Notes: generated by a model not told the origin, from the letters alone. Positions 28,901-38,443 are shown, numbered from the stretch's first letter. The stretch is DNA of 56,894 bases from a virus (IMGVR_UViG_3300033144_008156:1-56894), one strand, 5' to 3'. Program-made: numbers and translations.

Positions 28901-31900
28901 ACGGGCTTTGGGAATTTATGATATCACAACTAATTATGATGATTCTGTTACAGTAAAGATACCTGGGCTATCTGCAGATGCTTTAGAAGGTATAACTACA
29001 GGAAATAGAGAATCACAACTTTTAGTAATTGAAGAGGCCCTTAATAAATATGTATGGAATTCTACAGCTGCTTATATAGAGCAGACAAAAATATTCTTTG
29101 GAGACCTTCAATACTTTGGATCAGCAGACAATGTATTTAAAAGAGCTGCTATGTTTAATTCTACAAAAAAGATATCTGTAACAGGAAAAGACTTTGAGGC
29201 AGGAATGAATGTTCATTATCCCAGAAAGGATGGTAAAAAAACTAATAGAAGATATATTACAACAGTAATATTTGAAGATGTAGAGGTAGAATCCTCTTAT
29301 TTGGAATATTTGGAGCAGATATTTACAGACGAGCTGCTGCAAAGAGCAAATTCAGAAGGGACCAAAGTATTTACTACTGATGGGAAAACTCTTAATGGAA
29401 AAGGTAAGATAATATTAAATAGTAAACTACTTCCTTACAGAGAAATGACAGAAGCAGATGGAATGGGATACATTTCTATGGATGAGTATAGAGAACTCAG
29501 GGTGATTGCAGGAGAATGGCTACCAGAGCACGAAAAGGTCTATCAAAAAATAATGGCGGGAGAAACCTTAAAAGTAAATGATGTCTATTACTTACAGCCT
29601 CTAAAAACTCAATATACAGGGCCTTTAATAGAAAGTTCCTTAACCGGAAATTTAGCTAAAGCAGGATTAAATGTACCTACAGGTTATAAGCATGCATTAA
29701 TTCCTTTAATTCCTAGCATGTTTAAAAAAGGACATGTTATGAATAAATTAGCAGAGGAAATGCAAAAACCAGAAAATCAATGGGGAATAGCCCAGTTTAG
29801 AAGTGGAAATAAATTTGGAACTGCAGTAGATTCCAGCACAGGGGAAGCTAATTCCTTTTATAAGGAAACAGTAGTGGGCGGGAAGTCTTTATGGGAAATA
29901 AATACTAAAAATTTAACTACACAAACTATAGATTATAAATATTTTGGAGTCCAGCAAGAAATCTCTTCTAAGGTTAAAAGAGATGGGACCGTAGGTACTC
30001 AACAAAGAGTACTTATACAGTCTAATCTTTATGTAAATGGTAAAATAGCTCCCGGAGTTTCCCTGGAATTAGAGGAAGCAACAAAAAGATATGACAAAGT
30101 TCAGAGTATGATAATTGACAAAGAACTAAAGAATTTTATGGATAAAATGTCCATAACAAAAGTGCAAACTCCTTTTGGTGATGAGCTTAAAATAACTGAC
30201 GGCACTAAATTTGTAGATTTCCTAATTAGAGAGGCAGAGAGTAGGAATTCCTCTGATAATGTTCTTGATTCTATTGTTGCCCTTAATATATTTGGACTTG
30301 ATGGACAATCTCAAGGGGTAGATAAATTAGATACTATAATAGCACAGAATAAAATAGAAAATCTTTTAATGGCCCTGGTTAATAACAATATAATTAGGGA
30401 AATGAGAATAGGAGGATCGAAAGTTCAAGTAGCTTCTACAGGATTTGAATATACAGCCCGTAGTAAAAGTGGAAAATACTATGGGTCTAATGAGCTTGAA
30501 TTTTACAGCGAAAAAGATGGGACTTTTCGTGCAATGGAGATAATGATACCAGCTCCTCATAGTTTACTTAAGCATTATGGGTCAGTAGATAATCTTAATA
30601 AAGCTTTAGAAGCTGGAGAATTAGATAACATTAAGCGTTTATTAGGGTACCGTATTCCTACTCAATTAATGAGTTCTATTGATTACTTAACAATTAAGAA
30701 ATTTTTACCTACCGAAGCTGGAGATATAATAGTACTACCTACAGAAGTAGTAGCAAAATCAGGATCTGATTATGATATTGATAAGATGAGTATTTTTATG
30801 CTAGACTTCCATATTGTAAAAGGAAAAGTTGTTCCGATAACAGGAGAAGGATTAAGAGGATTGAAAAATGAAATGTTAGATCTCTCTTTGCAAATTATAG
30901 CTGATAGATATAATAGAAGTCAGCTCCTTTCTCCCATAAGTGATGCATTACTAATAGGACAATCTATTTCTCTTGTAAATGATGTTAGAGAATTAAAAGG
31001 TAAAGGAAAACAAGTTATTAGTTGGACTGAAGTAGCAGAGGGATTAACCAACATGGAAAGATATAAATATTTCATGGCTGGTAAAGGAGGAGTAGGCCAG
31101 GTAGCAGTTCACGAAGTAAATCATGTTACTACTCAAAAAGCTGGAGTATACATAAAAGACAATAAACTTACTTTATTTTTTGATCATAACGAAATTGAAA
31201 TAAATGAGGCTAAATATCCTTCTCTAGCAGGTATAACTGATGTTACAGGGAATTGGGAAATATTGGATACATTATCTGCCTTTATGAATGCCTATGTAGA
31301 TATAGCCAAAGATCCCTACATATTTGATTTAAATGCAGGAACTGAAGTAGCTAATACTATCTTTTATATGCTGAGATTAGGAGCAGATCCTCAATGGTTA
31401 GCTAGATTTGCTACCCAACCCTCTATCGAGAACTATATTACAGAAAGAGCTGTTCAAACTTCTGAGTTTAATAAAAGAACAGGGTCAGTAGAGAGTAGGT
31501 CAGATACATTTGAAAGAGTTATTGCCGAATTAAGAATTGGAAGTGGGGCTAGTCTTAGAACAGGATTTTCAGATACCATAGTATCTTCTCAAGAGAAAAT
31601 AGAAAGTATATTAGTTGCTAATACTGATACTGTAACTTCTGGACAACAAGAAAATGAAATAGAAAGGTTAGAGAGTGATATAAGAAAGAGAAAAGAAATG
31701 TATAAAACTCCTTCCTTTGAGGAATTAGGAAAAATGGTAGGAAAAACTACTTTTAGTAGTACTGCAGAGAAAGATATGCAAATTCAAGTACTAGATAATT
31801 TCTTGGAATATAAAAGACAGTCCAAATACTTGCAAAAATTAATAAGGGCCACTTCTCCTTCTACAAGAGGAGTACGAAAAAATCTAAATGAATTGTCCTA

Positions 31901-32948
31901 TTCTTTAAAAGAAAAAGAAGAGAGTTTAGAAACAGATAACTTCTTTGGTAATGTAGAGAAAATATTTGAAGAGGGCTTTAATGGGGCTTTTCAACGAGTA
32001 TTAGATACCACCTATGAAACCTATTCTCCCCTAACCATTTCTCACTTAGAACATATCAGGCCTCACCTGGATAGAATGAAAACAGATATAGGGAAAGCCT
32101 GGGTAGGAAATCCTAGCCAGCAACAAAAGGTGAGAGAAGCCATAGACAGTGAATTTCAAAGATATGTTATACTAACAGCACATCTTAATGGGAAATCATT
32201 AGGAATAAATATAGCAAATAATTATAATAGACTATTTGAAAAAGAGAATTTAAAAAATACCATAAAACAACTACAATCTCTAAGAAAGACAGGTAATTTA
32301 AAGGACAATTTAGTTATAAAAAATCTTCTTCCTATTCTTGAGAATGAAAAGCAGGATAATATAAAGATGTTCAATAGTAGGTTAAGAACGGAAGAGGAAA
32401 ATCAATATATTGAAGCTTTTGAAGAAATAGTGGAACAGGACCCTGCACTAGCAAGAGATTTGGCAATGATATCAATAATACAATCTGGTAAAGTAGCTTC
32501 TCCTATTTCTTTCACTAAAATAATTCCCAATCACTTATATAGATCGCTGACAAAAGAGGCCATTGATAGTATAGCAAAACAAGAATATATGCCTAATATG
32601 GGCCAGTTTGAAGATCAATTCTATAGAAATAATCCTCAATTAGTACCTTTAGCTACTAAAATGGGAGCAGGTTGGAAAATGTCTTATTCTCCCTACGATA
32701 TAAGAGCTAAACTACTATATTTGAGGACTATAAATTATCAATCTGAGGACCCTTCTAATATGTTCACCCTAGTTAGAAGACAAGATAGTCTAACAGAAAG
32801 TGGAGAAGTAACTTTTGGAGAAGATATAACAAGAGACATTTTAGGAGATGGAAGATGGCTTCATGATTACAGGTCAGGAGATAATCTAACTCCGACAGGA
32901 ATTACAAAAAAAGAAAAAGACGAGAATAAGAGAAAATGTCCTGAATAA
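25953..32948 (+). CDS. Virion-packaged single-chain double-psi-beta-barrel RNA polymerase (phi14:2 gp66-like) with an N-terminal zincin domain
   Basis: 2331 aa. Catalytic GSDYDIDK (DYDID at 30768-30782), GYRIPTQ, EADGMGY and YVDIAKDP; N-terminal VFHEAFH...EEILADEF. Confidence 0.9.
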   Translation: MGCIRYIIPKVGPKRGQSVESQLFNNLVKMYDETTADELYGNIFTEKFKRVFGDWETHKEEWKDQLDQNGEPLTRFITPVGEENFEATINPEAYYVPKVAETPQITAAKEWLTKHLGNTPGVVAVSRIIEGQLIGRFHQGSIYLMNNAEMGVVFHEAFHAVTQMFLTSGERRSIYDEIRRRSPENEKLSEEEVEEILADEFSEYIMSGGKYIVPEAKKKQKSLFKELWDTIIGIFYNNEISIAELYEKARTGKYAKGIGLSRRAENFFNKYEMKSYGKKVSIDRTLKDGSRTPLTSTEIRMLMESMNYYFLDTLFRQGSPDALFNKTASEISDIYSSKSDGVFGRMKGQLMQDLRQKDFVKNLAKQSGETVEDLTFKLQSIYQSVGLYSGEPTQEWNRLAAAHKSYLRQYGLDLKLEYVKEDDRTKEELIQEGLAEVDAGNFFVESIYFNTKDSTPNAVKMLIAGLAKKISSQDYVVNDLGLRIAVNYDETYNTVANKLALTPARWEAFERKLNELKHDIPGMGWLAQRLRVGESSAEVSKDIFDLRIKFIQNFAKNKYSYLIGLIQRDTVDDQRNLVPGDIIFQDSNSSGTKDRIRQEWRGNLIRNFAEISGTGKIAKELTAQNWKTLLGEIKTILAKYHNEKSVRKKKELLNSAYARLGIELNPVTADLMLTDVNKGGGITSEEGTVSSAFDVLNNSILKYLEEEVDLFSPKSGVAGWISGLISMEAEHNKDRISSQHISPDGKTMYGITLNTNTSIVVSELNSIAALPTESDRLDALEEHLPHIFHSEYATHSIIKDKILEGIPITLGIFDGYKYNLPGNQGIPTKELKEPDKYSQFVNGTLKEFYSFLRTADRGIENFISFSDKSAFIKNQEEALINFKYYLLDEIITAKDLKEGGAGKYISSYRDMFKNNETGLRIFNGIIKDSRVRNDIKAYINKEDITREDIEEALFEEGSVFSTRVTDDILDYFKRRVKIEGDKLRALGIYDITTNYDDSVTVKIPGLSADALEGITTGNRESQLLVIEEALNKYVWNSTAAYIEQTKIFFGDLQYFGSADNVFKRAAMFNSTKKISVTGKDFEAGMNVHYPRKDGKKTNRRYITTVIFEDVEVESSYLEYLEQIFTDELLQRANSEGTKVFTTDGKTLNGKGKIILNSKLLPYREMTEADGMGYISMDEYRELRVIAGEWLPEHEKVYQKIMAGETLKVNDVYYLQPLKTQYTGPLIESSLTGNLAKAGLNVPTGYKHALIPLIPSMFKKGHVMNKLAEEMQKPENQWGIAQFRSGNKFGTAVDSSTGEANSFYKETVVGGKSLWEINTKNLTTQTIDYKYFGVQQEISSKVKRDGTVGTQQRVLIQSNLYVNGKIAPGVSLELEEATKRYDKVQSMIIDKELKNFMDKMSITKVQTPFGDELKITDGTKFVDFLIREAESRNSSDNVLDSIVALNIFGLDGQSQGVDKLDTIIAQNKIENLLMALVNNNIIREMRIGGSKVQVASTGFEYTARSKSGKYYGSNELEFYSEKDGTFRAMEIMIPAPHSLLKHYGSVDNLNKALEAGELDNIKRLLGYRIPTQLMSSIDYLTIKKFLPTEAGDIIVLPTEVVAKSGSDYDIDKMSIFMLDFHIVKGKVVPITGEGLRGLKNEMLDLSLQIIADRYNRSQLLSPISDALLIGQSISLVNDVRELKGKGKQVISWTEVAEGLTNMERYKYFMAGKGGVGQVAVHEVNHVTTQKAGVYIKDNKLTLFFDHNEIEINEAKYPSLAGITDVTGNWEILDTLSAFMNAYVDIAKDPYIFDLNAGTEVANTIFYMLRLGADPQWLARFATQPSIENYITERAVQTSEFNKRTGSVESRSDTFERVIAELRIGSGASLRTGFSDTIVSSQEKIESILVANTDTVTSGQQENEIERLESDIRKRKEMYKTPSFEELGKMVGKTTFSSTAEKDMQIQVLDNFLEYKRQSKYLQKLIRATSPSTRGVRKNLNELSYSLKEKEESLETDNFFGNVEKIFEEGFNGAFQRVLDTTYETYSPLTISHLEHIRPHLDRMKTDIGKAWVGNPSQQQKVREAIDSEFQRYVILTAHLNGKSLGINIANNYNRLFEKENLKNTIKQLQSLRKTGNLKDNLVIKNLLPILENEKQDNIKMFNSRLRTEEENQYIEAFEEIVEQDPALARDLAMISIIQSGKVASPISFTKIIPNHLYRSLTKEAIDSIAKQEYMPNMGQFEDQFYRNNPQLVPLATKMGAGWKMSYSPYDIRAKLLYLRTINYQSEDPSNMFTLVRRQDSLTESGEVTFGEDITRDILGDGRWLHDYRSGDNLTPTGITKKEKDENKRKCPE

Positions 32949-32959
32949 ACTAAGATAAT

Positions 32960-35900
32960 ATGGCAATTTGTCCCAATAAAAATTTAAAAGAGTGGAAGAT
33001 CCTTGTTAAGAATCACGGAAGTGATCAAGCATTAGAGATCTGGATGAAGCTTAATAAAGATAAAAAAGAGAGTGAACCTGAGATATTTCCAGAAATACCT
33101 TTAGCAGAAAGAGATTCCTTTGTAGAAAATAAAGGAAGTACTCAAGAAGAGGTACTCAATAAACTAAACGAGACTAAAAAGGAAATATTAGAAGAAAAAG
33201 AACTAAAATGGGAAGTTCCTAAGAAAGGACATTCTCTTAGTAAAGTAAGAAAAGGATCAAAACTTGAAGTAGAAAGATATATAAGAGTAGTGCCTGAAAC
33301 AGGAGAACGGAAAATAGTAACAGGGAGAGTTACTGATGTTCAAGATATATTATTTAGAAATAACAGGAGTAGACAAGAAGCAGATGAGATTAATAATAGG
33401 CCTAAAAATAAGATACTTGCCAGAAGAGGAACAGACCTGCATGCAGTGTCTCAGGATATAACAGAATCTCTAAAGAAAAAGGAGAAGCCTGTCAAACCTG
33501 ATTGGCTAACCAATAGGGCATTTGAAACTCTAGAATATGGAGTTACAAAGGTAGCGAGAGATATAAAAGCTGTTCAAAATACCATAGATAGAGATGGTAA
33601 TACTACTGTATTAACCGAAGTTTCTGTGTATGATCCTTATAAAGACAAGGCAGGATCCATAGATGTAGTTGCTATTTTTAGTGATGGAAGTGTAGCTATC
33701 TATGATTATAAATTTGTAAATTTTTATCAAGCAAATGGAAAGGTAATAGACTATGAAGATAAGTTGGACATGAAAGAAGAGTCCTGGGATATGCAGATAG
33801 GGGAATATAAAAGGATCTTAAGAGATGTATATGGAGTAGATTTAGTAAGAAGATCTAGAGTAATTCCTGCTAATGTACAATATAAATATGAACAGAGGGG
33901 AACAGGAGTTGAAATGACAGATACAGTTCATAAATTAGAAATGGGAAATGAGGAGTATACTGCCCCTGTTCCTTTAGCTGATGAACTCTCAGATGATAGA
34001 AAGCTTAATCGACTTTTAGAAAAGCTTTTTGTTCTTTCCAAAAATTTAAAAACTGCCACTAAAGGATCTAGAAATAGAATGGCAGCAATAGCCAGTAAAA
34101 GAAGGGTACAAGAAGCTATTAAAGCAATACAGCTAAAAAAAGATTTTACCTTTCTAGTTAATGAAATAAATGCAATAAATACTGAAATACAAACAGGAGT
34201 ATCTATAAATGATATGAATGATCCTCTTTATTTAAGTGCTCCTCAATTAAAATTCTACAAAGATTCTTTATCAGTATACAAAACTCTTTCTGAAACTTCT
34301 AAAAATGCTATATTAAATAACAAAGAATTAACAGATAAAGAAAAAGAAGAATTAATTAATGCTGCAAATAATGCGGCAGGAGTAGCTACTCTGGCCATTG
34401 AGCTTTTATACGACAAGCAAAAAGAAAGAGTATCTGCGGAGGCAGAGAAAAAAGGCATCAAAAATATATTTTCCCTACAAAAAGAAACCAGTGGAGGATT
34501 TTTAGTTACTGGAAATAAAGGAAAATATTTTAGTGACTGGACTCATCCTATATTTAGATTGGCTAAGAAAGAAATTGATACTGAGGTAATTGATTTTACT
34601 CGGCATAAAGTTCAAGAAGTAGAGGAGAATTTAGGGAGGCTGACTAATAATTTAATGAAATGGGGAAAAGCAAATGGATATAAAGGATTAGATGTATACA
34701 ATCCATTAATAAATCCTAAAACTAGTAATCTAGTAACAGAATTTACACCTGAACTTTGGGAGAAAAGAAACGAAGCCATAGAGCAGAAAGACATTACCTG
34801 GTTAAAAAATAACTTCCATCAATCTAAAGAAAATAAAGAAGAATACGATAAGGCTAAAAAAAATCAAGTAAGATGGATAAATCAAGCTCATAGGAATAAA
34901 AGTGAAGATTGGAGAAAAAAAGCTCTTAAATGGTGGGAAATAAAAAATAACCCTGAGCACGAAGAAGCGTGGTATAATCCATATACAAGATTGACACTTA
35001 CAAATCCTGATAAGTGGAGATCTTCTGAATATAATTTCATAGTAAAAAATAAACCATTAAAAGAGTACTATGATTATTATTCTACTTTAATGAAAGAACT
35101 TAGTGCCATTTTTCCTGATAAAAACTTAAAAAAGAATTTTGTACCCTGGATTCATAAAAATATGGTTGATACTCTTGCAGAAAATGGAATGAATGCAGGC
35201 CTATTTAAAGGAGGGGCAATTGGAGCTACTATAGGGACACTTGCTCTCCCAGGGGCCGGAACATTATTAGGAGGAGCAATAGGGTCATTTTTAGGCAGTA
35301 AAGGAAATGTAGAAAGTTTTTTACAATCACTAGAAGTAAGAGAGGATGACATGACTTTTGGGATGACTAATACTCTTACTGGAGAAAAAGAACCTAGTAT
35401 TCCTATCTTATACACAAACCCATTAACTGATAAAACAGGAGCAGTAAATAAAAATTTAAAGTCTAAAGATCTCTCTAAAAGCCTCGCAGTATTCGCTAAT
35501 ATGGCGTATAACTACCAAGGAGTATCTAAAATAGAAGATATAATGCTGACTTTAAAAGAGGTACTTTCTAAGCAAGATCAGATCCTAGTAAACGACTATG
35601 GTAAAGTAATAGAGTTTGAGGGTCAAATTAAGAGAGGGAAACCGAAAGTAGATAAAACACTGGAAAGTTTTGACATGTACTTAAAAGATTACATCTATGG
35701 GGTTAATATACAGAGTAATGATTTTGTGCGTAAAATAGGAAGTAAAAATTATAGCGGAACTAAGATAGTAAAAGAAACCATGAGATTCTTTGGGCTAAAA
35801 ACTTTAGGATTAAGTATAGCATCAGGATTTGGGGCTTTTGTAGGAGCAACTGCAAATATGTACATGGCAGCAGAAAAGAAATTTTGGTTTGATAGAAAAC

Positions 35901-37189
35901 AAATTAATGCTGCTAAGAGAGCTTTTCTTCACGGAGATGGTAAAGCTCACGCCTTTTTTGAGCTTTTAGAGTCTACTCATGAGGATGTTAGAGCACGAAA
36001 AGCAGATTATCTTTCTGTAAGTAGAATGTCAAAAACATTTAGTAATCATCACGCTTACATACTTCTAACAAAAGCGGATAGAAACATAGATGCAAATGTG
36101 ACTGTAGGAATGATGATGAATTATGGATTAGATCCTAATTATCAAGGAAAACCCAGAATAAGAAGACTAAAATTAATACATAAAAAAAATAAAAAAGCAA
36201 AGTCTTTATGGGAAATGGGGAAAATGGATAAAAATAAAAATGCAGTAATGCCTAAAGAAATTACTACAGAATTATTAGATCAATTTAGAAGAGAAGTAAT
36301 GTATGCTGCCTCCACAATTAAAGGGCAATATTCTACAGAAGATAAAATGCTAGCCAATTTAACTCTTGAAGGGCAAGCTATTATGCAATTTAAAAACTGG
36401 ATGCCCAGGCTTATATCAGAAAGATTTAGGACAGCAAGATATTTAGAAGATTTTGAAGCAATAGAATTAGGTAGATTCAGAGTAATAATGGGAGAACTCC
36501 TTAAAAAAGGAACTTTACCTGCCCTAAAAGCCTTTATGGGTATGTTTTCAGAAATAGCAAGTATGGGACTATTTAAGCATACTTTATCTGGAGAAGCCAG
36601 TAAAAGATATTTTGAAGAATTTCTTGCTAATAATCCTGACATACAACAACAAATAAGTAGAAAAGAACTAGACTATAATGAATTTTTCGAGCAATATAAA
36701 GAACAAAGAGTAGGGCAGATGAGAGCATTTGCAATGGAATTAAGAATGTACTTAATGATAGTTTCTGCAATGGCTATTGCAGGAGGAGATTGGGATGATG
36801 ATGGAAAAGCTCTTTACAAAGATATACCAGGAGGAGAACAGGCTTTAAAACTTATGAAAAAAGCATCCATGGAATTAGGGTTTCTATTCAGACCTTCAGA
36901 AGCAAAATATCTGATATCTAACCCTATCCCTGTTATAAAAATATTATTTGAGTTAGAAAACCTAATAGAAAATAGTTTAGATGAAACCAGGGACTGGATA
37001 ATGCAAGATGATTATAAAGGATTTATTTTCATGGAAAAAGATTCCTATGATAGAAGCCCTCCTTTTAAATACACTTCTAAATTTATACCAGTATGGAAAC
37101 CTGCTGCAGAGTTCTTTGATTTCTTTGAACCTTCTGGGGAAGTAAAAGGAAAAACAAAACTAGAAGCAGTATTCGGAAAAGAACAATAA
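32960..37189 (+). CDS. Giant virion protein 3 with a PD-(D/E)xK nuclease-like domain and a glycine zipper
   Basis: 1409 aa. Shows RGTDLH...E...AGSIDVV...IYDYKF...QIGEYKRIL, GGAIGATIGTLALPGAGTLLGGAIGSFLG and MQFKNWMP. Confidence 0.75.
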   Translation: MAICPNKNLKEWKILVKNHGSDQALEIWMKLNKDKKESEPEIFPEIPLAERDSFVENKGSTQEEVLNKLNETKKEILEEKELKWEVPKKGHSLSKVRKGSKLEVERYIRVVPETGERKIVTGRVTDVQDILFRNNRSRQEADEINNRPKNKILARRGTDLHAVSQDITESLKKKEKPVKPDWLTNRAFETLEYGVTKVARDIKAVQNTIDRDGNTTVLTEVSVYDPYKDKAGSIDVVAIFSDGSVAIYDYKFVNFYQANGKVIDYEDKLDMKEESWDMQIGEYKRILRDVYGVDLVRRSRVIPANVQYKYEQRGTGVEMTDTVHKLEMGNEEYTAPVPLADELSDDRKLNRLLEKLFVLSKNLKTATKGSRNRMAAIASKRRVQEAIKAIQLKKDFTFLVNEINAINTEIQTGVSINDMNDPLYLSAPQLKFYKDSLSVYKTLSETSKNAILNNKELTDKEKEELINAANNAAGVATLAIELLYDKQKERVSAEAEKKGIKNIFSLQKETSGGFLVTGNKGKYFSDWTHPIFRLAKKEIDTEVIDFTRHKVQEVEENLGRLTNNLMKWGKANGYKGLDVYNPLINPKTSNLVTEFTPELWEKRNEAIEQKDITWLKNNFHQSKENKEEYDKAKKNQVRWINQAHRNKSEDWRKKALKWWEIKNNPEHEEAWYNPYTRLTLTNPDKWRSSEYNFIVKNKPLKEYYDYYSTLMKELSAIFPDKNLKKNFVPWIHKNMVDTLAENGMNAGLFKGGAIGATIGTLALPGAGTLLGGAIGSFLGSKGNVESFLQSLEVREDDMTFGMTNTLTGEKEPSIPILYTNPLTDKTGAVNKNLKSKDLSKSLAVFANMAYNYQGVSKIEDIMLTLKEVLSKQDQILVNDYGKVIEFEGQIKRGKPKVDKTLESFDMYLKDYIYGVNIQSNDFVRKIGSKNYSGTKIVKETMRFFGLKTLGLSIASGFGAFVGATANMYMAAEKKFWFDRKQINAAKRAFLHGDGKAHAFFELLESTHEDVRARKADYLSVSRMSKTFSNHHAYILLTKADRNIDANVTVGMMMNYGLDPNYQGKPRIRRLKLIHKKNKKAKSLWEMGKMDKNKNAVMPKEITTELLDQFRREVMYAASTIKGQYSTEDKMLANLTLEGQAIMQFKNWMPRLISERFRTARYLEDFEAIELGRFRVIMGELLKKGTLPALKAFMGMFSEIASMGLFKHTLSGEASKRYFEEFLANNPDIQQQISRKELDYNEFFEQYKEQRVGQMRAFAMELRMYLMIVSAMAIAGGDWDDDGKALYKDIPGGEQALKLMKKASMELGFLFRPSEAKYLISNPIPVIKILFELENLIENSLDETRDWIMQDDYKGFIFMEKDSYDRSPPFKYTSKFIPVWKPAAEFFDFFEPSGEVKGKTKLEAVFGKEQ

Positions 37190-37208
37190 ATTGATAAAAA
37201 TCTACGGC

Positions 37209-37240
37209 AAAAGGGGGGACTACAAATAGTCCACCCTTTT
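37209..37240. terminator. Bidirectional hairpin terminator between the convergent modules
   Basis: AAAAGGGGGGACTA-CAAA-TAGTCCACCCTTTT (14-bp arms, 1 mismatch), ending in T4 on both strands. Confidence 0.75.
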
Positions 37241-37946
37241 ACCACTTTATTTCATACATAGATTCATCCTTTGCTATCCCTACTTCTTTTAACACTAAAT
37301 TACATTTGCTAAAATGCTTATTGCCAAAAAATCCCCGACCTGCGGAAAGGGGGGAGGGGTGAGGGGAAACCAGAATAAAATTTGTCTCTCTGCTGATACA
37401 CTCTAAGTAACCCTTAGCATGACTGCCCCACAAAAGGTAAACTATAGCTGGAATTTCATCAGATATCCTTTTTAGGACTTCTTTAGTAAATCCATCCCAT
37501 AATTTAGAATGACTACCTGGATTACTCTTTTCTACAGTTAATGCAGTATTAAGTAATAACACTCCTTGCTGGGCCCATCTGTCTAAATTAGGACTCTGGT
37601 CCAATTTAAGGCCATCATAGACATCATTCTCTACTTCCTTGAAGATATTCCTCAAAGACGGAGAAAAGGTCGTAGAATCGCTCCTATTGCTAAATGCAAG
37701 GCCTGTAGCACTTCCATCATGGTAAGGATCCTGTCCCAGAATAACAACTTTTAGTTCTTCTAAAGGACATAACTCAAATGCTCTAAATATATCTTCCTTG
37801 TCTGGATAATACTTCTTCTTACTACCAATAAGGGCTCTCCCTATATCCTTAAAGCGATCAGAGATAAGAATATCTTCTAACAAAGTATACCATCCATTAC
37901 CGAATTTTCTTTTTAAATTTTCATTAGTACTTATTTTCATCTGCAT
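37239..37946 (-). CDS. ung: Uracil-DNA glycosylase, family 1
   Basis: VVILGQDPYH, GLAFS, GVLLLNTALTV and HPSPLSA motifs. Confidence 0.97.
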   Translation of the reverse strand: MQMKISTNENLKRKFGNGWYTLLEDILISDRFKDIGRALIGSKKKYYPDKEDIFRAFELCPLEELKVVILGQDPYHDGSATGLAFSNRSDSTTFSPSLRNIFKEVENDVYDGLKLDQSPNLDRWAQQGVLLLNTALTVEKSNPGSHSKLWDGFTKEVLKRISDEIPAIVYLLWGSHAKGYLECISRETNFILVSPHPSPLSAGRGFFGNKHFSKCNLVLKEVGIAKDESMYEIKW

Positions 37947-38181
37947 TTATTGCCTTTATAACATCAGGGGCATCATCAACAGTGCAGTTTCTTACAGTGT
38001 TTAAGATATTATTAATCTTAGTTCTACAAAAAATAGCACAGTTTTTAGCTTGTACTTTCTGTACCCTAGAGCACATAGTTGCATTAAATGCCCCAGAACT
38101 AGGTTCATTACTAATATCATCTATTGCACCCTCATATGATTCCTGCAATAATGATAGAAATTGTTCTTCAAGTGTCTTCAT
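37924..38181 (-). CDS. Hypothetical protein
   Basis: 85 aa, overlapping both neighbours in operon fashion. Confidence 0.65.
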   Translation of the reverse strand: MKTLEEQFLSLLQESYEGAIDDISNEPSSGAFNATMCSRVQKVQAKNCAIFCRTKINNILNTVRNCTVDDAPDVIKAINADENKY

Positions 38182-38369
38182 TGTGAATTATATAAATTTA
38201 AGGGTAATGCCTGTGTATTTATTCCTATAATTTTACATACAGGCTTATATCCTTCTATTAAAAATTGATTCCACTTCCTTCCTCCTCCACTTTGGGGAGT
38301 ACTAGAAGTTAAAGCCACCTCTCCTGTGTCTTGATTATACATTAAAATTTTGCCTGACTTTCCAAACAT
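38178..38369 (-). CDS. Hypothetical protein
   Basis: 63 aa, A-rich leader, ATGA overlap with the next gene. Confidence 0.65.
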   Translation of the reverse strand: MFGKSGKILMYNQDTGEVALTSSTPQSGGGRKWNQFLIEGYKPVCKIIGINTQALPLNLYNSQ

Positions 38370-38383
38370 ATTTATTATATTTG
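38349..38383 (+). promoter_or_regulatory. Candidate antisense-oriented Bacteroidota promoter (TTTG-N23-TATATTTG)
   Basis: Exact TAnnTTTG at 38376-38383 and TTTG at 38349-38352. The spacer is longer than optimal. Confidence 0.35.
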
Positions 38384-38404
38384 TTAGTTTATCCCTTATT
38401 TGGT

Positions 38405-38438
38405 GCCCTTATCTCTTCGGAGATGAGGGCTCTTTTAT
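38405..38438 (+). terminator. Intrinsic terminator-like hairpin with a C(UUCG)G loop, oriented opposite to the local genes
   Basis: GCCCTTATCTC-TTCG-GAGATGAGGGC followed by TCTTTTAT. The G-U pair and the UUCG loop exist only on the + strand. Confidence 0.7.
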
Positions 38439-38443
38439 TAAAA

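Noticed and set aside
4603-37245. Numerous short antisense or off-frame ORFs within the large + strand genes
   Set aside because: They lie wholly or almost wholly within long, motif-bearing genes and show the Ser/Phe/Leu-rich composition expected from the reverse complement of purine-rich coding DNA.
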